Positions 32,108-42,120 of a DNA stretch of 64,000 bases are shown piece after piece (within the stretch, counting starts at the first letter, position 1; every line of letters starts with the position of its first letter). The position numbers were made by a program, and so were the translations under genes. Under the pieces are notes generated by a model, which was given only the letters and a program-made list of their open reading frames with translations, made no database searches and was not told where the DNA came from. Source of the stretch: an uncultured Elusimicrobiales bacterium (GTDB lineage: Bacteria; Elusimicrobiota; Elusimicrobia; Elusimicrobiales; Elusimicrobiaceae); the NCBI GenBank assembly GCA_944324685.1, contig CALUXG010000030.1, forward strand, positions 9,073-73,072, given 5' to 3'.

Positions 32108-34053
32108 TTTACGTTAAGCAACCTCGCAGAATTAAAAAATACCACCAGTACGCCCGCCAACAACCCCGCCGGCACCCACAGCCAAGCCATATACTCCAAC
32201 GGAGGAGCAAACAACAACCATAACGTCAACACGGTGTTGCAGACCAAGCTCAGCAGCACGTTGCTGCGTATGCAGGCCGAAAGCTGTTGGTTAATGAGAA
32301 ACAAATCCGTAATACTGTCCAAATCGGAACGTTTAATAATAACGTCCACCCAGTTGTTATAAACGTTTTTGCCGGAGGAAAATACGACACCGGCATCGGC
32401 GCGAAGCAAAGCCGTAATATCATTAAATCCGTCCCCCACCATGACGGCTTTTTTGCCCAAAGCGTGAAAATTGCTCAGGATTTCGGCCTTGGTTTGCGGC
32501 AACACCCCAAAATTAAATTTTTCAATACCTGCTTCCTTGGCAATGCCTGCCACAGAGGCCTCATTGTCCCCCGACATCAAAATCACCTCTTTGCCCATAT
32601 CTTTTAGCGTTTGTACCATTTCCGCCGCTCTTGGTCGCAACTTATCATCCAACAGCACAAAACCCAAATATTTTCCGTTTTTGGCTCCGCATATGACGGG
32701 TTGTTCGCCAAAATCCACCGGCGGCACTTCCACGCCCAGTTCGCGCAGCCATTCAGGACGGCCTGCCAACAAAATATTTTTTCCGGAAGTCGCCTTCACC
32801 CCCAATCCGGGCAATACGTCAAAGCAAAGCAGCTTGCGTACGGGAATTTTATGTTCGGCGGCATAAATATTGATAGCGGTGGCAAAAGGACCGTCCACCC
32901 ATTGTTCAGCCGTAGCCAAACAGGAGAGCAGCTCTTTTTTGATCTTAACGTCCGAAGCCGATACGGCCGCCACGCGTAATTCTCCATAAGTCAGCGTACC
33001 GGTTTTGTCAAAAAACACGACGTCCGCATCCGTTAAGGCCTCCAACGCGCCCATTTCTTGCAATAGAATATGATTCCGCTTCGCTCCCAACCGCACGCAC
33101 CAAGAGGCAAACACTCCGCTAAAGAAAAAAGAAAGCGGACAGCCCAAGCCCAACACCAGCAGGAAAATGCCTATCGTATGCAGCGGCCGGCGGTAATCGC
33201 CCGCCCAATAGAAGTAAATATATCCCGCCACTGCCAAAACCGTCGCAAAGATCAAAATGCCCAGCGCATAACCGTCCAACACGTCTTTGCGTATACAGCG
33301 GCGGCGTTCGCTGTTTTTAATGGCGGAAATAATGCCCATAATCACACTTTCATCCAAGCCTTTTAGTACGCGAACCATGATTTCTGCACGTTTGTTCAGC
33401 GTACCCGCATAAACGCGGCTGCCCAGCGTTTTGGACGTAGGAAGCATATTTCCCGTAATCAGGCTTTCGTCAATAGCCGTATTGCCCTTGGCTATTTCCC
33501 CTTCACAAGGAATGCGCTCTCCCGCTTTTACGCGAATAATATCCCCCTTTCTCAGTTCTCGCGCAAAAACCATCATTTCACGCTGCCCCTGCATAAGACG
33601 CCCCGATTTAGGCAAAAAATCATCCAGTTTTTTAATAAATACGTTGGTGCGTTCTTTGTTGCGGGCCGCGCGGGAACACGTCCAGAGATACAACACGATA
33701 CAAAGCGAAAGCGAAATATACAAATCCGGCAGTCCGCCCGCCAAAGTCCTTACAAAAAACGTCTTAGACAAACCATAGCAAAACGCCGCCAGTACGCACA
33801 CAGAGACCAAAACAGAAAGCGTGATGCGGAAATTTTCCAAATCACGCCACGCATTTTTGAACATAATATCGGCGCAAAACAGAATATTCAGCAGCGCCAA
33901 AATGAATACGCCCGAAGAAGAGCTGTGCAAGGCCAGCGAATAAATCAACATTACCAAAAAGCAAACAGCAAGGAAAAACCTGTATGAATAGGTTTTTGCG
34001 GAAACGGACAAAGCCGCGGCCGGCGCGGCACTGCGCGGGGAAGAAGATTTCAT
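32104..34053 (-). CDS. P-type ATPase (P1B-like topology) lacking an N-terminal metal-binding domain and carrying non-canonical TGE/CPC motifs
   Basis: DKTGTLT, MSGDNE and VGDGFNDITAL are present. The actuator motif reads ITGNMLP rather than TGES, and TM6 reads GCPLS rather than CPC. ATGA overlap with queF. Confidence 0.8.
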   Translation of the reverse strand: MKSSSPRSAAPAAALSVSAKTYSYRFFLAVCFLVMLIYSLALHSSSSGVFILALLNILFCADIMFKNAWRDLENFRITLSVLVSVCVLAAFCYGLSKTFFVRTLAGGLPDLYISLSLCIVLYLWTCSRAARNKERTNVFIKKLDDFLPKSGRLMQGQREMMVFARELRKGDIIRVKAGERIPCEGEIAKGNTAIDESLITGNMLPTSKTLGSRVYAGTLNKRAEIMVRVLKGLDESVIMGIISAIKNSERRRCIRKDVLDGYALGILIFATVLAVAGYIYFYWAGDYRRPLHTIGIFLLVLGLGCPLSFFFSGVFASWCVRLGAKRNHILLQEMGALEALTDADVVFFDKTGTLTYGELRVAAVSASDVKIKKELLSCLATAEQWVDGPFATAINIYAAEHKIPVRKLLCFDVLPGLGVKATSGKNILLAGRPEWLRELGVEVPPVDFGEQPVICGAKNGKYLGFVLLDDKLRPRAAEMVQTLKDMGKEVILMSGDNEASVAGIAKEAGIEKFNFGVLPQTKAEILSNFHALGKKAVMVGDGFNDITALLRADAGVVFSSGKNVYNNWVDVIIKRSDLDSITDLFLINQQLSACIRSNVLLSLVCNTVLTLWLLFAPPLEYMAWLWVPAGLLAGVLVVFFNSARLLNVK

Positions 34054-34056
34054 AAA

Positions 34057-35055
34057 TTATCGCTGATTGTTTAAGTCGTAAAAGCGGTCCGTTACTACGC
34101 GCCGGCGGCCATTTTCCGTCGTCATCATGCGTATTTTACCTTGATAACGCAAAGCCCTGTTGGGGTCCAAGCGGCGGGCGGCCAAATAATGCTGCGTCGC
34201 TTCCACAGGAGATTCCAGCGCCAACATATCGCCCATCATTTCGTAAGCAGGAGCATAAGTAGGCGCCAACAATTTGGCCCGCTGGGCGTATGCCAAAGCT
34301 TGCTCCGTATCTCCTTTGTTAAACAGCAGCTCCGCCGCGTAAAAATACGGCATGGCATAATTGGGATTGATGGCAATGGCCCGCTGAAAATCATCCATCG
34401 CGTTTTGATAGGCGTCCAGTTTCATCAGCGTGCGGCCTCTTTCCAAATAAGCGCGGGCATTATTCGGATCCAACTCAATCAGTTGAGTGTAATCTTCGGC
34501 GGCATTGTCATAATAACCCGCCGCAAATTCCGCCAAAGCGCGGTTCAAATACAAAATGGGAGAATACGGATCCAGCTGCTCCGCTTTGGAAAAATCAACC
34601 AAAGCTTGACTCATATTGCCTTGTTTGCTGTACGCCACGGCGCGGTTCAAAAAAGCCATAAAATAATTAGGCCTCAACATCAGCGCATAATTTAACTGCA
34701 ATATGGCGTCCTGATAACGGCCTTGGTCAATGTACAAAGCGCCTAAATTATTATAAATTTCCGGACGGCGGTAATTTAAGCTGAGGGCTTTTTCATAATC
34801 CTGTGCGGCCAACTCTCTGTTTTTCTGCAATTCGCCCGCTTCTTTGGGCCGCAATTGTTCGTGGGCAAGACCTCGGCTGGCATAAGCGGCGTAGTTTTGG
34901 GGATTGTCTTTAATAATCATGGAATAATAACGAATGGCCTTTTCAAACTGCCCTTTGTCGGCCGCCACTTGGGCTTTACGGAACAGACTCGTTTCGCTGC
35001 CGCCGCAGGCAGCCAACAGACAAGCCGCCAAGCAAAAAAAGTAAACTTTTTTCAT
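34057..35055 (-). CDS. TPR-repeat lipoprotein
   Basis: Lipobox LLAAC|GG and about 8 TPR repeats (NYAAYASRGLAH, IYNNLGALYIDQGRYQDAI and others). Confidence 0.8.
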   Translation of the reverse strand: MKKVYFFCLAACLLAACGGSETSLFRKAQVAADKGQFEKAIRYYSMIIKDNPQNYAAYASRGLAHEQLRPKEAGELQKNRELAAQDYEKALSLNYRRPEIYNNLGALYIDQGRYQDAILQLNYALMLRPNYFMAFLNRAVAYSKQGNMSQALVDFSKAEQLDPYSPILYLNRALAEFAAGYYDNAAEDYTQLIELDPNNARAYLERGRTLMKLDAYQNAMDDFQRAIAINPNYAMPYFYAAELLFNKGDTEQALAYAQRAKLLAPTYAPAYEMMGDMLALESPVEATQHYLAARRLDPNRALRYQGKIRMMTTENGRRRVVTDRFYDLNNQR

Positions 35056-35546
35056 TTTTCCTCCCTGTTATTTTTCGGAGACGAAAACAAGAGCGCCCAT
35101 GCCAGCAACACTCCGCCCGCCGTGATAAAACTGTCGGCCGCGTTAAATACGGGCCACACCCTTAAATCTACAAAATCCACCACAAAGCCTAACGCTATTC
35201 TATCATAAAGATTACCCAATGCGCCGCCTAAAATCAACACAAGCCCCCATTTAACGGCAGGGCCATAAGCGCAAAACTCACGCCAACTTTTGATAAGATA
35301 ACTGACAATACCCAACGTCAATACAATCAAAAACAGGTTTCCGCCCTGCATAATGCCAAAAGCGGCCCCCGTGTTTTGCACATAACGCAGGTGCAAAAAC
35401 GGGGCTATGACCAGCTCTCTCTCCGGCAAAAACGCCAAAGTTAAACATTTGGTCAGTCGGTCTACAAACAGAAGCGCGGCCACTGTCCAAACCTCGGCCT
35501 GATGTGCCTTAAACCACGCGCGCAAGCGGATAAAGAGCTTAGGCAA
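35052..35546 (-). CDS. lspA: lipoprotein signal peptidase (signal peptidase II)
   Basis: NTGAAFG and VWPVFNAADSFI motifs. TTG start overlapping the ileS stop, and ATGA overlap with the TPR gene. Confidence 0.85.
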   Translation of the reverse strand: MPKLFIRLRAWFKAHQAEVWTVAALLFVDRLTKCLTLAFLPERELVIAPFLHLRYVQNTGAAFGIMQGGNLFLIVLTLGIVSYLIKSWREFCAYGPAVKWGLVLILGGALGNLYDRIALGFVVDFVDLRVWPVFNAADSFITAGGVLLAWALLFSSPKNNREEK

Positions 35547-38358
35547 CGGATTGCTCCTCAGGAACGGACAAGCCTTCTCTTTTCAGCACGGCGGCACAAC
35601 GGTCGCACAAATCTGCATGTTCGCGGCCCGACCGGCCTACTTCCTCTTTCCACTGCCAGCAACGGGCGCACTTTTGGCCGCCGGCATGCTCCACCGCAAT
35701 TTCCAGCGGCAAAGTTCCTTCCAGCACTTCCACCGAGGATACGATAAAAATTTCCGGCCACAACGCCGCATATCCCTGCAGAAAAGATTTTGTCTGTGCG
35801 TCATTTGTTTTCAAGATGACTTTCGCTTCCAAAGCCGAGCCGATAACACCCTTTTGACGCGTTTCTTCCAACGCTTTCTGCACGTCTTCGCGAATCTGGC
35901 GTATACGCGTCCATTTTTCTTCTAATACAGCGTCCAGCGGCAAAGAGGCGTGCTGGGGCATATCCGACAAGAATATGCTCCGTGCCAAGCCTCTGCCCGC
36001 GGGAATCTTCAACAGTTCCTGCCATGCTTCTTCACATGTAAAGCACAGCACCGGCGCCAGCAGTTGCAAAAGCGTACGGACAATTTCGCAAAGTGCCGTT
36101 TGCGCGCTGCGGCGCTGCGGCGCACTGGCCCCCAAAGTGTACAGGCGGTCTTTGGAAGCGTCCAGCAAAAATGACGACAAGTCCAAAATACAATAATCCG
36201 TTATGGCGCGTACGGCTCGCCGGAAATTGAAATCTTCGTATCCTGCGCGCACTTCTCCAATCAGTCTGTCCAGACGTCCCAGCATATAGCGGTCCATCTC
36301 CGCCAATTGAGAAGCGGGTACAGCGTGTTTTTCCGGATCAAAATCCGACAAATTGCCCAATGCGTAACGAATCGTATTGCGCAACTTGCGGTAGGTATCT
36401 ATCGGCCCTCCCAAAATTTCATCGGAGATACGCACGTCTCCCTGATAATCCGAAAACGCCACCCACAAGCGCAAAATATCCGCGCCATATTTTTGGATAA
36501 CATTCTGCGGATCTACGCTGTTGCCCAAAGACTTGTGCATGGGCCGGCCGTGCTGATCCAACACCATTCCATGCGTTAAGATGGTTTTGAACGGCGCTGT
36601 ATTTTCCAAGGTAAAAGACGGAATATACGAGCTTTGGAACCAGCCGCGGTGCTGATCAGAACCCTCGGAATACACATCCGCCGGAAAATCCAGCCCGCGA
36701 TCTTTTAACACAGCCGCCCAAGATACGCCGCTGTCAAGCCAGACGTCCAAAATATCCGTCTCTTTTCTAAACTCCGCACTGCCGCAATCACAGCAATAGC
36801 CCTGCGGCATGAGTTTTTCTATCGGATCTGTAAACCAAAAATCGGATCCTTCTTTCATGGCGCGTTGCTTGATAAAAGAAAACAAGCGGTGATTTATCTG
36901 GGCTTTTCCGCATTTTTTGCAATACAAAATCGTTACCGGCGTACCCCAAAAACGCTGGCGGGACAGACACCAATCCGGCCGCAGGCCAATCATGGAACGC
37001 ATGCGTTCGCGGCCGGCGGCGGGATAAAACTGGACATGATCCAAATTGTCCATGAGCTTTTGGCGAAGTCCGTCTTTGTCAATACTCATAAACCATTGTT
37101 CCGTCGCGCGAAAAATAATCGGGCTGTGGCAGCGCCAACAATGCGGATAGCTGTGCATAATTTCCTGTTCTTTAATCAAAGAACCGAGTTCGCGCAATTT
37201 TTCCACCATCAGCGGATTGGCTTCAAAAACGTTCATGCCGACGAATACCCCTGCATCTTTGGTGTAGCAGCCCTTCTCGTCCACAGGGCAAAATGTTTCC
37301 AAACCCCATTGTTTGCCGGCATGGAAGTCGTCCTCGCCGTGGCCCGGGGCGATATGCACAATGCCCACCCCCGTATCCATGGCTACAAAATCCGTCCATA
37401 TTACGGGATTTTGTTTTTGCGTCAGCGGATGAAAATATTTTTGACCCACCAGTTTTTCCCCGCGCAAGGCATGCACTTTATGTGCGGACAGACCGGTATT
37501 TTTCAAAAATTCCTCAGCCAGTTTGTCCGCCACCACGTAATATTCTTGCGTTTGGTCATCTTGCAGCACGGCATAATCCTCGTCTTTATTTACCGCGGCG
37601 GCCTGATTGGCGGGAATAGTCCACGGCGTGGTGGTCCATACGCCCAAAGACACCGATTTTGAAAAATCCAAATCGCCATATATTTCTTTGGTCGGATTCA
37701 CCACCTTAAAGCGCAAATAAATAGACGGAGAAGAAGCATCGTGATATTCCGTTTCGGCGTCGGCCAAAGCCGTCTCGCAATGCGGACACCACGTAATGGT
37801 TTTCTGCCCTTTGTACACATAGCCTTTTTCAATCAAATCCAAAAATACGCCTATGGTGATTCCTTCATAACGCTCCGACATGGTCAAATACGGTGCGTCC
37901 CAATCTCCCTGTACGCCCAAACGCTTAAAACCCTGCCGCTGCAAGTCAATAAATTTGGCTGCAAACGCACGCGCTTTACGCCGAAAAGCCGGCACATCCG
38001 TAATATGTTTTTTGTCTATTTCCAATTCTTTCATGAGCGCCTGTTCAATGGGCAGACCATGGCAGTCCCACCCGGGAACATACGGCGTATAGAAACCCAT
38101 CAATGCACGGCTTTTTAAGATAATATCCTTAATGGTTTTGTCTAAAGCATGGCCTATATGAATGGCGCCGTTGGCATACGGCGGACCGTCGTGCAGAACG
38201 AAATGTTTGCCGGTCTGATTCTTTTTCAGTATGGCTTGATAGAGATTAATCTGTTTCCAGAAATCCAAAATTTTAGGTTCTTTTTGCGCCAGTCCCGCGC
38301 GCATAGGAAAATCCGTCTTGGGCAGCAAAACGGTGGAAGAATATTTATTTTTAGCCAT
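35539..38358 (-). CDS. ileS: isoleucine--tRNA ligase
   Basis: HDGPPYANGAIHIGH (HIGH motif), KMHKSLGN-type KMSKS (PMHKSLGN), and a C-terminal Zn-finger CxxC pair. Start trimmed to ATG 38358 (MAKNKYSSTVLLPKTDFPMR). Confidence 0.95.
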   Translation of the reverse strand: MAKNKYSSTVLLPKTDFPMRAGLAQKEPKILDFWKQINLYQAILKKNQTGKHFVLHDGPPYANGAIHIGHALDKTIKDIILKSRALMGFYTPYVPGWDCHGLPIEQALMKELEIDKKHITDVPAFRRKARAFAAKFIDLQRQGFKRLGVQGDWDAPYLTMSERYEGITIGVFLDLIEKGYVYKGQKTITWCPHCETALADAETEYHDASSPSIYLRFKVVNPTKEIYGDLDFSKSVSLGVWTTTPWTIPANQAAAVNKDEDYAVLQDDQTQEYYVVADKLAEEFLKNTGLSAHKVHALRGEKLVGQKYFHPLTQKQNPVIWTDFVAMDTGVGIVHIAPGHGEDDFHAGKQWGLETFCPVDEKGCYTKDAGVFVGMNVFEANPLMVEKLRELGSLIKEQEIMHSYPHCWRCHSPIIFRATEQWFMSIDKDGLRQKLMDNLDHVQFYPAAGRERMRSMIGLRPDWCLSRQRFWGTPVTILYCKKCGKAQINHRLFSFIKQRAMKEGSDFWFTDPIEKLMPQGYCCDCGSAEFRKETDILDVWLDSGVSWAAVLKDRGLDFPADVYSEGSDQHRGWFQSSYIPSFTLENTAPFKTILTHGMVLDQHGRPMHKSLGNSVDPQNVIQKYGADILRLWVAFSDYQGDVRISDEILGGPIDTYRKLRNTIRYALGNLSDFDPEKHAVPASQLAEMDRYMLGRLDRLIGEVRAGYEDFNFRRAVRAITDYCILDLSSFLLDASKDRLYTLGASAPQRRSAQTALCEIVRTLLQLLAPVLCFTCEEAWQELLKIPAGRGLARSIFLSDMPQHASLPLDAVLEEKWTRIRQIREDVQKALEETRQKGVIGSALEAKVILKTNDAQTKSFLQGYAALWPEIFIVSSVEVLEGTLPLEIAVEHAGGQKCARCWQWKEEVGRSGREHADLCDRCAAVLKREGLSVPEEQSVA

Positions 38359-38490
38359 GTTTTTCTCTCTGATTATAAGGATATATTCTATTATACGAAA
38401 ATATGGCCCCTGCGCGAAACGAGGGCCTCTTCTCAAGACTTGTTTAATATGCTATGCTGAAAGCAAACCTTACTTTAAGGAGGCCGTTCC

Positions 38491-39804
38491 ATGCGCATGA
38501 TTGACCTGATTATTAAAAAACGCGAAGGCAAATCCCTCAACGCTGAAGAATTTGATTTTGTCGCCCAAGCCGCCGCCAAAGGCACCGTGCCGGATTATCA
38601 GCTGTCGGCTTTTTTAATGGCTTGTTTTTTGCGCCCGCTTTCCGACAAAGAAACTGCTTTTCTGACTAAAGCCATGGCGCATACGGGGCCGCGGCTGGAT
38701 TTCTCCGACATTAAAATGCCAAAAGTGGACAAACATTCCACCGGAGGAGTCGGGGACGGCATTTCCTTGGCACTGGCGCCTTTGGTGGCTTGCGCGGGAG
38801 TAGCGGTACCCATGATGTCAGGCCGAGGATTAGGGCATACCGGAGGCACTTTGGATAAACTGGAATCCATAAAGAATTTTAAAATCGGCATCACGCCAAA
38901 AAATATTCACCGGCAAATCCAAAAAATTGGCGTCTGCATGTTTGGTCAAACCAAAGATTTGGCACCTGCCGACCGCAAGCTCTACGCCCTGCGCGACGCT
39001 ACAGGTACAGTGGAAAGCCGTCCGCTGATTGTAGCCAGTATTCTGTCCAAAAAATATGCCGAAGGAGTGGACAGTCTGTTTATGGACGTAAAATACGGTT
39101 CCGGCGCTTTTATGCAGAAATTGCCTGACAGCAAAAAATTGGCTCAAATGCTGGTGTCTACCGCCAAACTGCTGGGCCTGAACAGCCGCGCGCTTATCAC
39201 GTATATGGACCAACCTTTGGGCCGCGCCGCCGGAAATGCCAATGAAATGTATCAAACCATCCAAATCCTAAAAGGACATAAAGAGATTGCACCGGATTTT
39301 TATGAAGTGCTCATGGAAAGCGGCGTTCAGATGCTGGTCATAAGCGGCCGCGAGAAAAACGCTGACAAAGCACGTAAAATGCTGGAAAGCTTTATCAAGG
39401 ACGGAAGCGCACTGAAAAAATTCCGCGAGATGGTCAAATGGCAAGGCGGCAATCCTAAAGTGGCCGACGAACCGGAAAAATATCTTCCTAACGCCAAACT
39501 CTCTTACGATTTCAAAGCGGATAAAAAAGGCTATGTCGGGTTTATAGACGCCAAGCTGACGGGCCGCGCCTGCGTACAGCTGGGTGCAGGCCGAGACCGC
39601 ATGGAAGACGTCATTGATTTCGGGGCGGGAATCTGGCTGCATAAAAAAGCCGCCGACGCCGTAAAAAAAGGAGACGTGATAGCCACCTTATACGCTTCCG
39701 ATCCGAAACGTTTAAAAGCGGGAGCGGAATTGTTTGAACAAGCCGTCAAAATCACGGCCGCCAAACCAAAACCCTACAAACTGATTTACGGTATTATCAA
39801 ATAA
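38491..39804 (+). CDS. deoA: thymidine / pyrimidine-nucleoside phosphorylase
   Basis: DKHSTGGVGD and SGRGLGHTGGTLDKLE. GGAGG Shine-Dalgarno sequence. Confidence 0.9.
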   Translation: MRMIDLIIKKREGKSLNAEEFDFVAQAAAKGTVPDYQLSAFLMACFLRPLSDKETAFLTKAMAHTGPRLDFSDIKMPKVDKHSTGGVGDGISLALAPLVACAGVAVPMMSGRGLGHTGGTLDKLESIKNFKIGITPKNIHRQIQKIGVCMFGQTKDLAPADRKLYALRDATGTVESRPLIVASILSKKYAEGVDSLFMDVKYGSGAFMQKLPDSKKLAQMLVSTAKLLGLNSRALITYMDQPLGRAAGNANEMYQTIQILKGHKEIAPDFYEVLMESGVQMLVISGREKNADKARKMLESFIKDGSALKKFREMVKWQGGNPKVADEPEKYLPNAKLSYDFKADKKGYVGFIDAKLTGRACVQLGAGRDRMEDVIDFGAGIWLHKKAADAVKKGDVIATLYASDPKRLKAGAELFEQAVKITAAKPKPYKLIYGIIK

Positions 39805-39816
39805 ACGGCAAATATT

Positions 39817-40527
39817 ATGAAAAAACTAGCCGCATTATGGACAGCATTTTTATTGCTAGGAGGATGCAACATGCAAAACCCTCAGGGAGACATATACAAG
39901 ACATCCGTCGGGGATATTTACGTATTGCCATTGGGACACGGCTCCGTGCAAATTACATGGAACAATAAAATCATTCAGGCAGATCCGTACAGCGCCGTGG
40001 CTGATTACGCCGCGCTGCCTAAAGCCGATTTGATTTTAATTACCCACGAACATTACGATCATTTGGACGCTAAAGCATGGACAGTAACCCAAAAAGAAAA
40101 TACGGATTTCATAGCTTCCCCTACGGCGGCACGGGACTTGCCCGAAAACACGATAGCTTTATCCAACGGAGAAAGCACCGTATGGCAAGACGTAAAAATT
40201 GACGCCGTCCCCGCATACAATTTAGTTCACCGGCAGCCAAACGGAAAATTCTGGCATCCTAAAGGATGGGGCAACGGCTATGTGTTGCACTTTGGCGATT
40301 TTCGTCTTTATTTAGCGGGAGATACAGAAAATATTCCCGAAATGGCCGATGTAGCCGGCGCAGATGTGGCGTTTTTGCCTAAAAATCTGCCCTATACCAT
40401 GACGGACGAAATGTTTGTAGACGCCGCGCGAAAACTCAAACCGAAAGTGCTGTATCCGTACCATTATGAAACGGTGGACAAAATCAAACTGCAATCGGCC
40501 GTTGGAAAAGACATTCAAATCAAATAA
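39817..40527 (+). CDS. MBL-fold metallo-hydrolase lipoprotein
   Basis: Lipobox LLLGGC and the metallo-beta-lactamase motif ITHEHYDHLD. Confidence 0.75.
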   Translation: MKKLAALWTAFLLLGGCNMQNPQGDIYKTSVGDIYVLPLGHGSVQITWNNKIIQADPYSAVADYAALPKADLILITHEHYDHLDAKAWTVTQKENTDFIASPTAARDLPENTIALSNGESTVWQDVKIDAVPAYNLVHRQPNGKFWHPKGWGNGYVLHFGDFRLYLAGDTENIPEMADVAGADVAFLPKNLPYTMTDEMFVDAARKLKPKVLYPYHYETVDKIKLQSAVGKDIQIK

Positions 40528-40532
40528 CTCTC

Positions 40533-40554
40533 CCCCCGCAAAGCGGGGGTTTTT
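40533..40554 (+). terminator. intrinsic terminator after the MBL hydrolase gene
   Basis: cccccgc pairs with gcggggg, followed by TTTTT. Confidence 0.7.
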
Positions 40555-40626
40555 GTACAAATTTATATACAATACCATGCGCAAAATTTAGTATAGTTTC
40601 CTAATCTCATTAATATAGGAGGAGTC

Positions 40627-42078
40627 ATGACAAATCCCCCCGCTGTTTCTGATAAACAACCCGTGGCGCTGTGGCTGGTGTTTCTAACGGAAATGTGGGA
40701 ACGCTTCAGCTATTACGCCATGCGCAGTATTCTGATTCTGTACATGGTATATCTGCTGCAATTGGACAAATCTTCCGCCGCCAACATATACGGCACTTTT
40801 ACCAGTTTGGTCTATTTGTCCACGCTGCTGGGCGGTTTTTTGGCCGACCGGTATTTGGGGCAGCGCTGCTCCATTATTTTAGGTTCGCTATTCATTGCCT
40901 CGGGTATGTTTGCCATGAGCGTACCCTCTATGGCTATGCTTCAATTGGCCATGGGATTGCTTATTTTGGGCAATGGTTTTTTTAAGCCAAATATTACGGC
41001 CATTGTGGGCCAGCTGTATGAAAAGAACGATCCGCGACGGGACGGCGGATTCACCATTTTTTACATGAGCGTCAATCTGGGCGCGTTTTTTGGTCCTTTG
41101 GCCGTCGGTTACTTTGCCGCAAAAAACAATTATGCGGCGGCATTCTGGATAGCGGGCATAGGCATGTTAATCGGTTTGGCCACTTTTTTGCTTGGACAGA
41201 AAAAATATTTGTCCGGCAAAGGACTGCCGCCTGTCCAAAAACCGTTGTTTTATAAAGACCCCGCACTGTGGGCCGTTTTTTTGGGCGCAGGCATTATCGG
41301 CGTATATATGAAAGGCTGGCACGCGGCGGCGTGGATTTGTGCGGCGTTGGTGGCGGCAGGATATATTCTGTATACAAAGCGGCGCAAAACCCCGCAAAGC
41401 CAATCCCAGCCCCCGCTGACTACGGAAGAAAAACACAAAATGGCCGTTATCGCCATCATGGCGTTCTTTACCATCTTCTTTTGGGCGGCGTTTGAACAGG
41501 CCGGCGCGGCGTTAAATTTGTTTGCCTATGAATATACTGACCGCGTCATTACGCTGGGCGGATGGACTTGGGAAATACCGGCCAATTGGTTTCAGTCGCT
41601 AAATCCGCTGTATATCGTTATTTTTGCGCCGTTGTTTTCCAAATTATGGATTCAGCTGGCCAAAAAAGGCAAAGAACCCTCCACCCCCGCCAAATTTATG
41701 ATCTCCCTATGGCTGCTGGCGGCAGGTTTTGCCGTTATGTTGCTGGGTGCGTTTGCCCTCATAGGCAATGCCAAAATCAGTTTGTTTTATTTGGCGTTTA
41801 CGTATCTGTTTCATACGTTTGGAGAGCTGTGCATTTCCCCCGTGGGAAAAAGTATGGTTACCAAATTGGCACCTGCACGTTACGTATCGCTGCTGATGGG
41901 AGTGTGGTTTCTCTCTAATGCAGCGGCCAACAAACTGGCCGGCGTATATTCGGGATATTTTCAAAAAATCAGCAATGTTCAGTTTTTCCTGTGGCTGGTG
42001 GTAGTGCCGCTGCTGGTGTCGGGTTTACTGCTTGCCAGCATGAAGGGTATCAAAAAATGGATGCACGGCATACATTAA
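40627..42078 (+). CDS. POT/PTR2-family di-/tripeptide:proton symporter
   Basis: EMWERFSYYAMRSILILYM and GGFLADRYLG signatures. GGAGG Shine-Dalgarno sequence. Confidence 0.9.
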   Translation: MTNPPAVSDKQPVALWLVFLTEMWERFSYYAMRSILILYMVYLLQLDKSSAANIYGTFTSLVYLSTLLGGFLADRYLGQRCSIILGSLFIASGMFAMSVPSMAMLQLAMGLLILGNGFFKPNITAIVGQLYEKNDPRRDGGFTIFYMSVNLGAFFGPLAVGYFAAKNNYAAAFWIAGIGMLIGLATFLLGQKKYLSGKGLPPVQKPLFYKDPALWAVFLGAGIIGVYMKGWHAAAWICAALVAAGYILYTKRRKTPQSQSQPPLTTEEKHKMAVIAIMAFFTIFFWAAFEQAGAALNLFAYEYTDRVITLGGWTWEIPANWFQSLNPLYIVIFAPLFSKLWIQLAKKGKEPSTPAKFMISLWLLAAGFAVMLLGAFALIGNAKISLFYLAFTYLFHTFGELCISPVGKSMVTKLAPARYVSLLMGVWFLSNAAANKLAGVYSGYFQKISNVQFFLWLVVVPLLVSGLLLASMKGIKKWMHGIH

Positions 42079-42088
42079 ACGCTTGCAT

Positions 42089-42118
42089 AAGACCCCCCGC
42101 TGAAAAGCGGGGGGTCTT
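42089..42118. terminator. bidirectional terminator between the convergent POT and asmA-like genes
   Basis: aagaccccccgc (42089-42100) pairs with gcggggggtctt (42107-42118). Confidence 0.7.
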
Positions 42119-42120
42119 AT

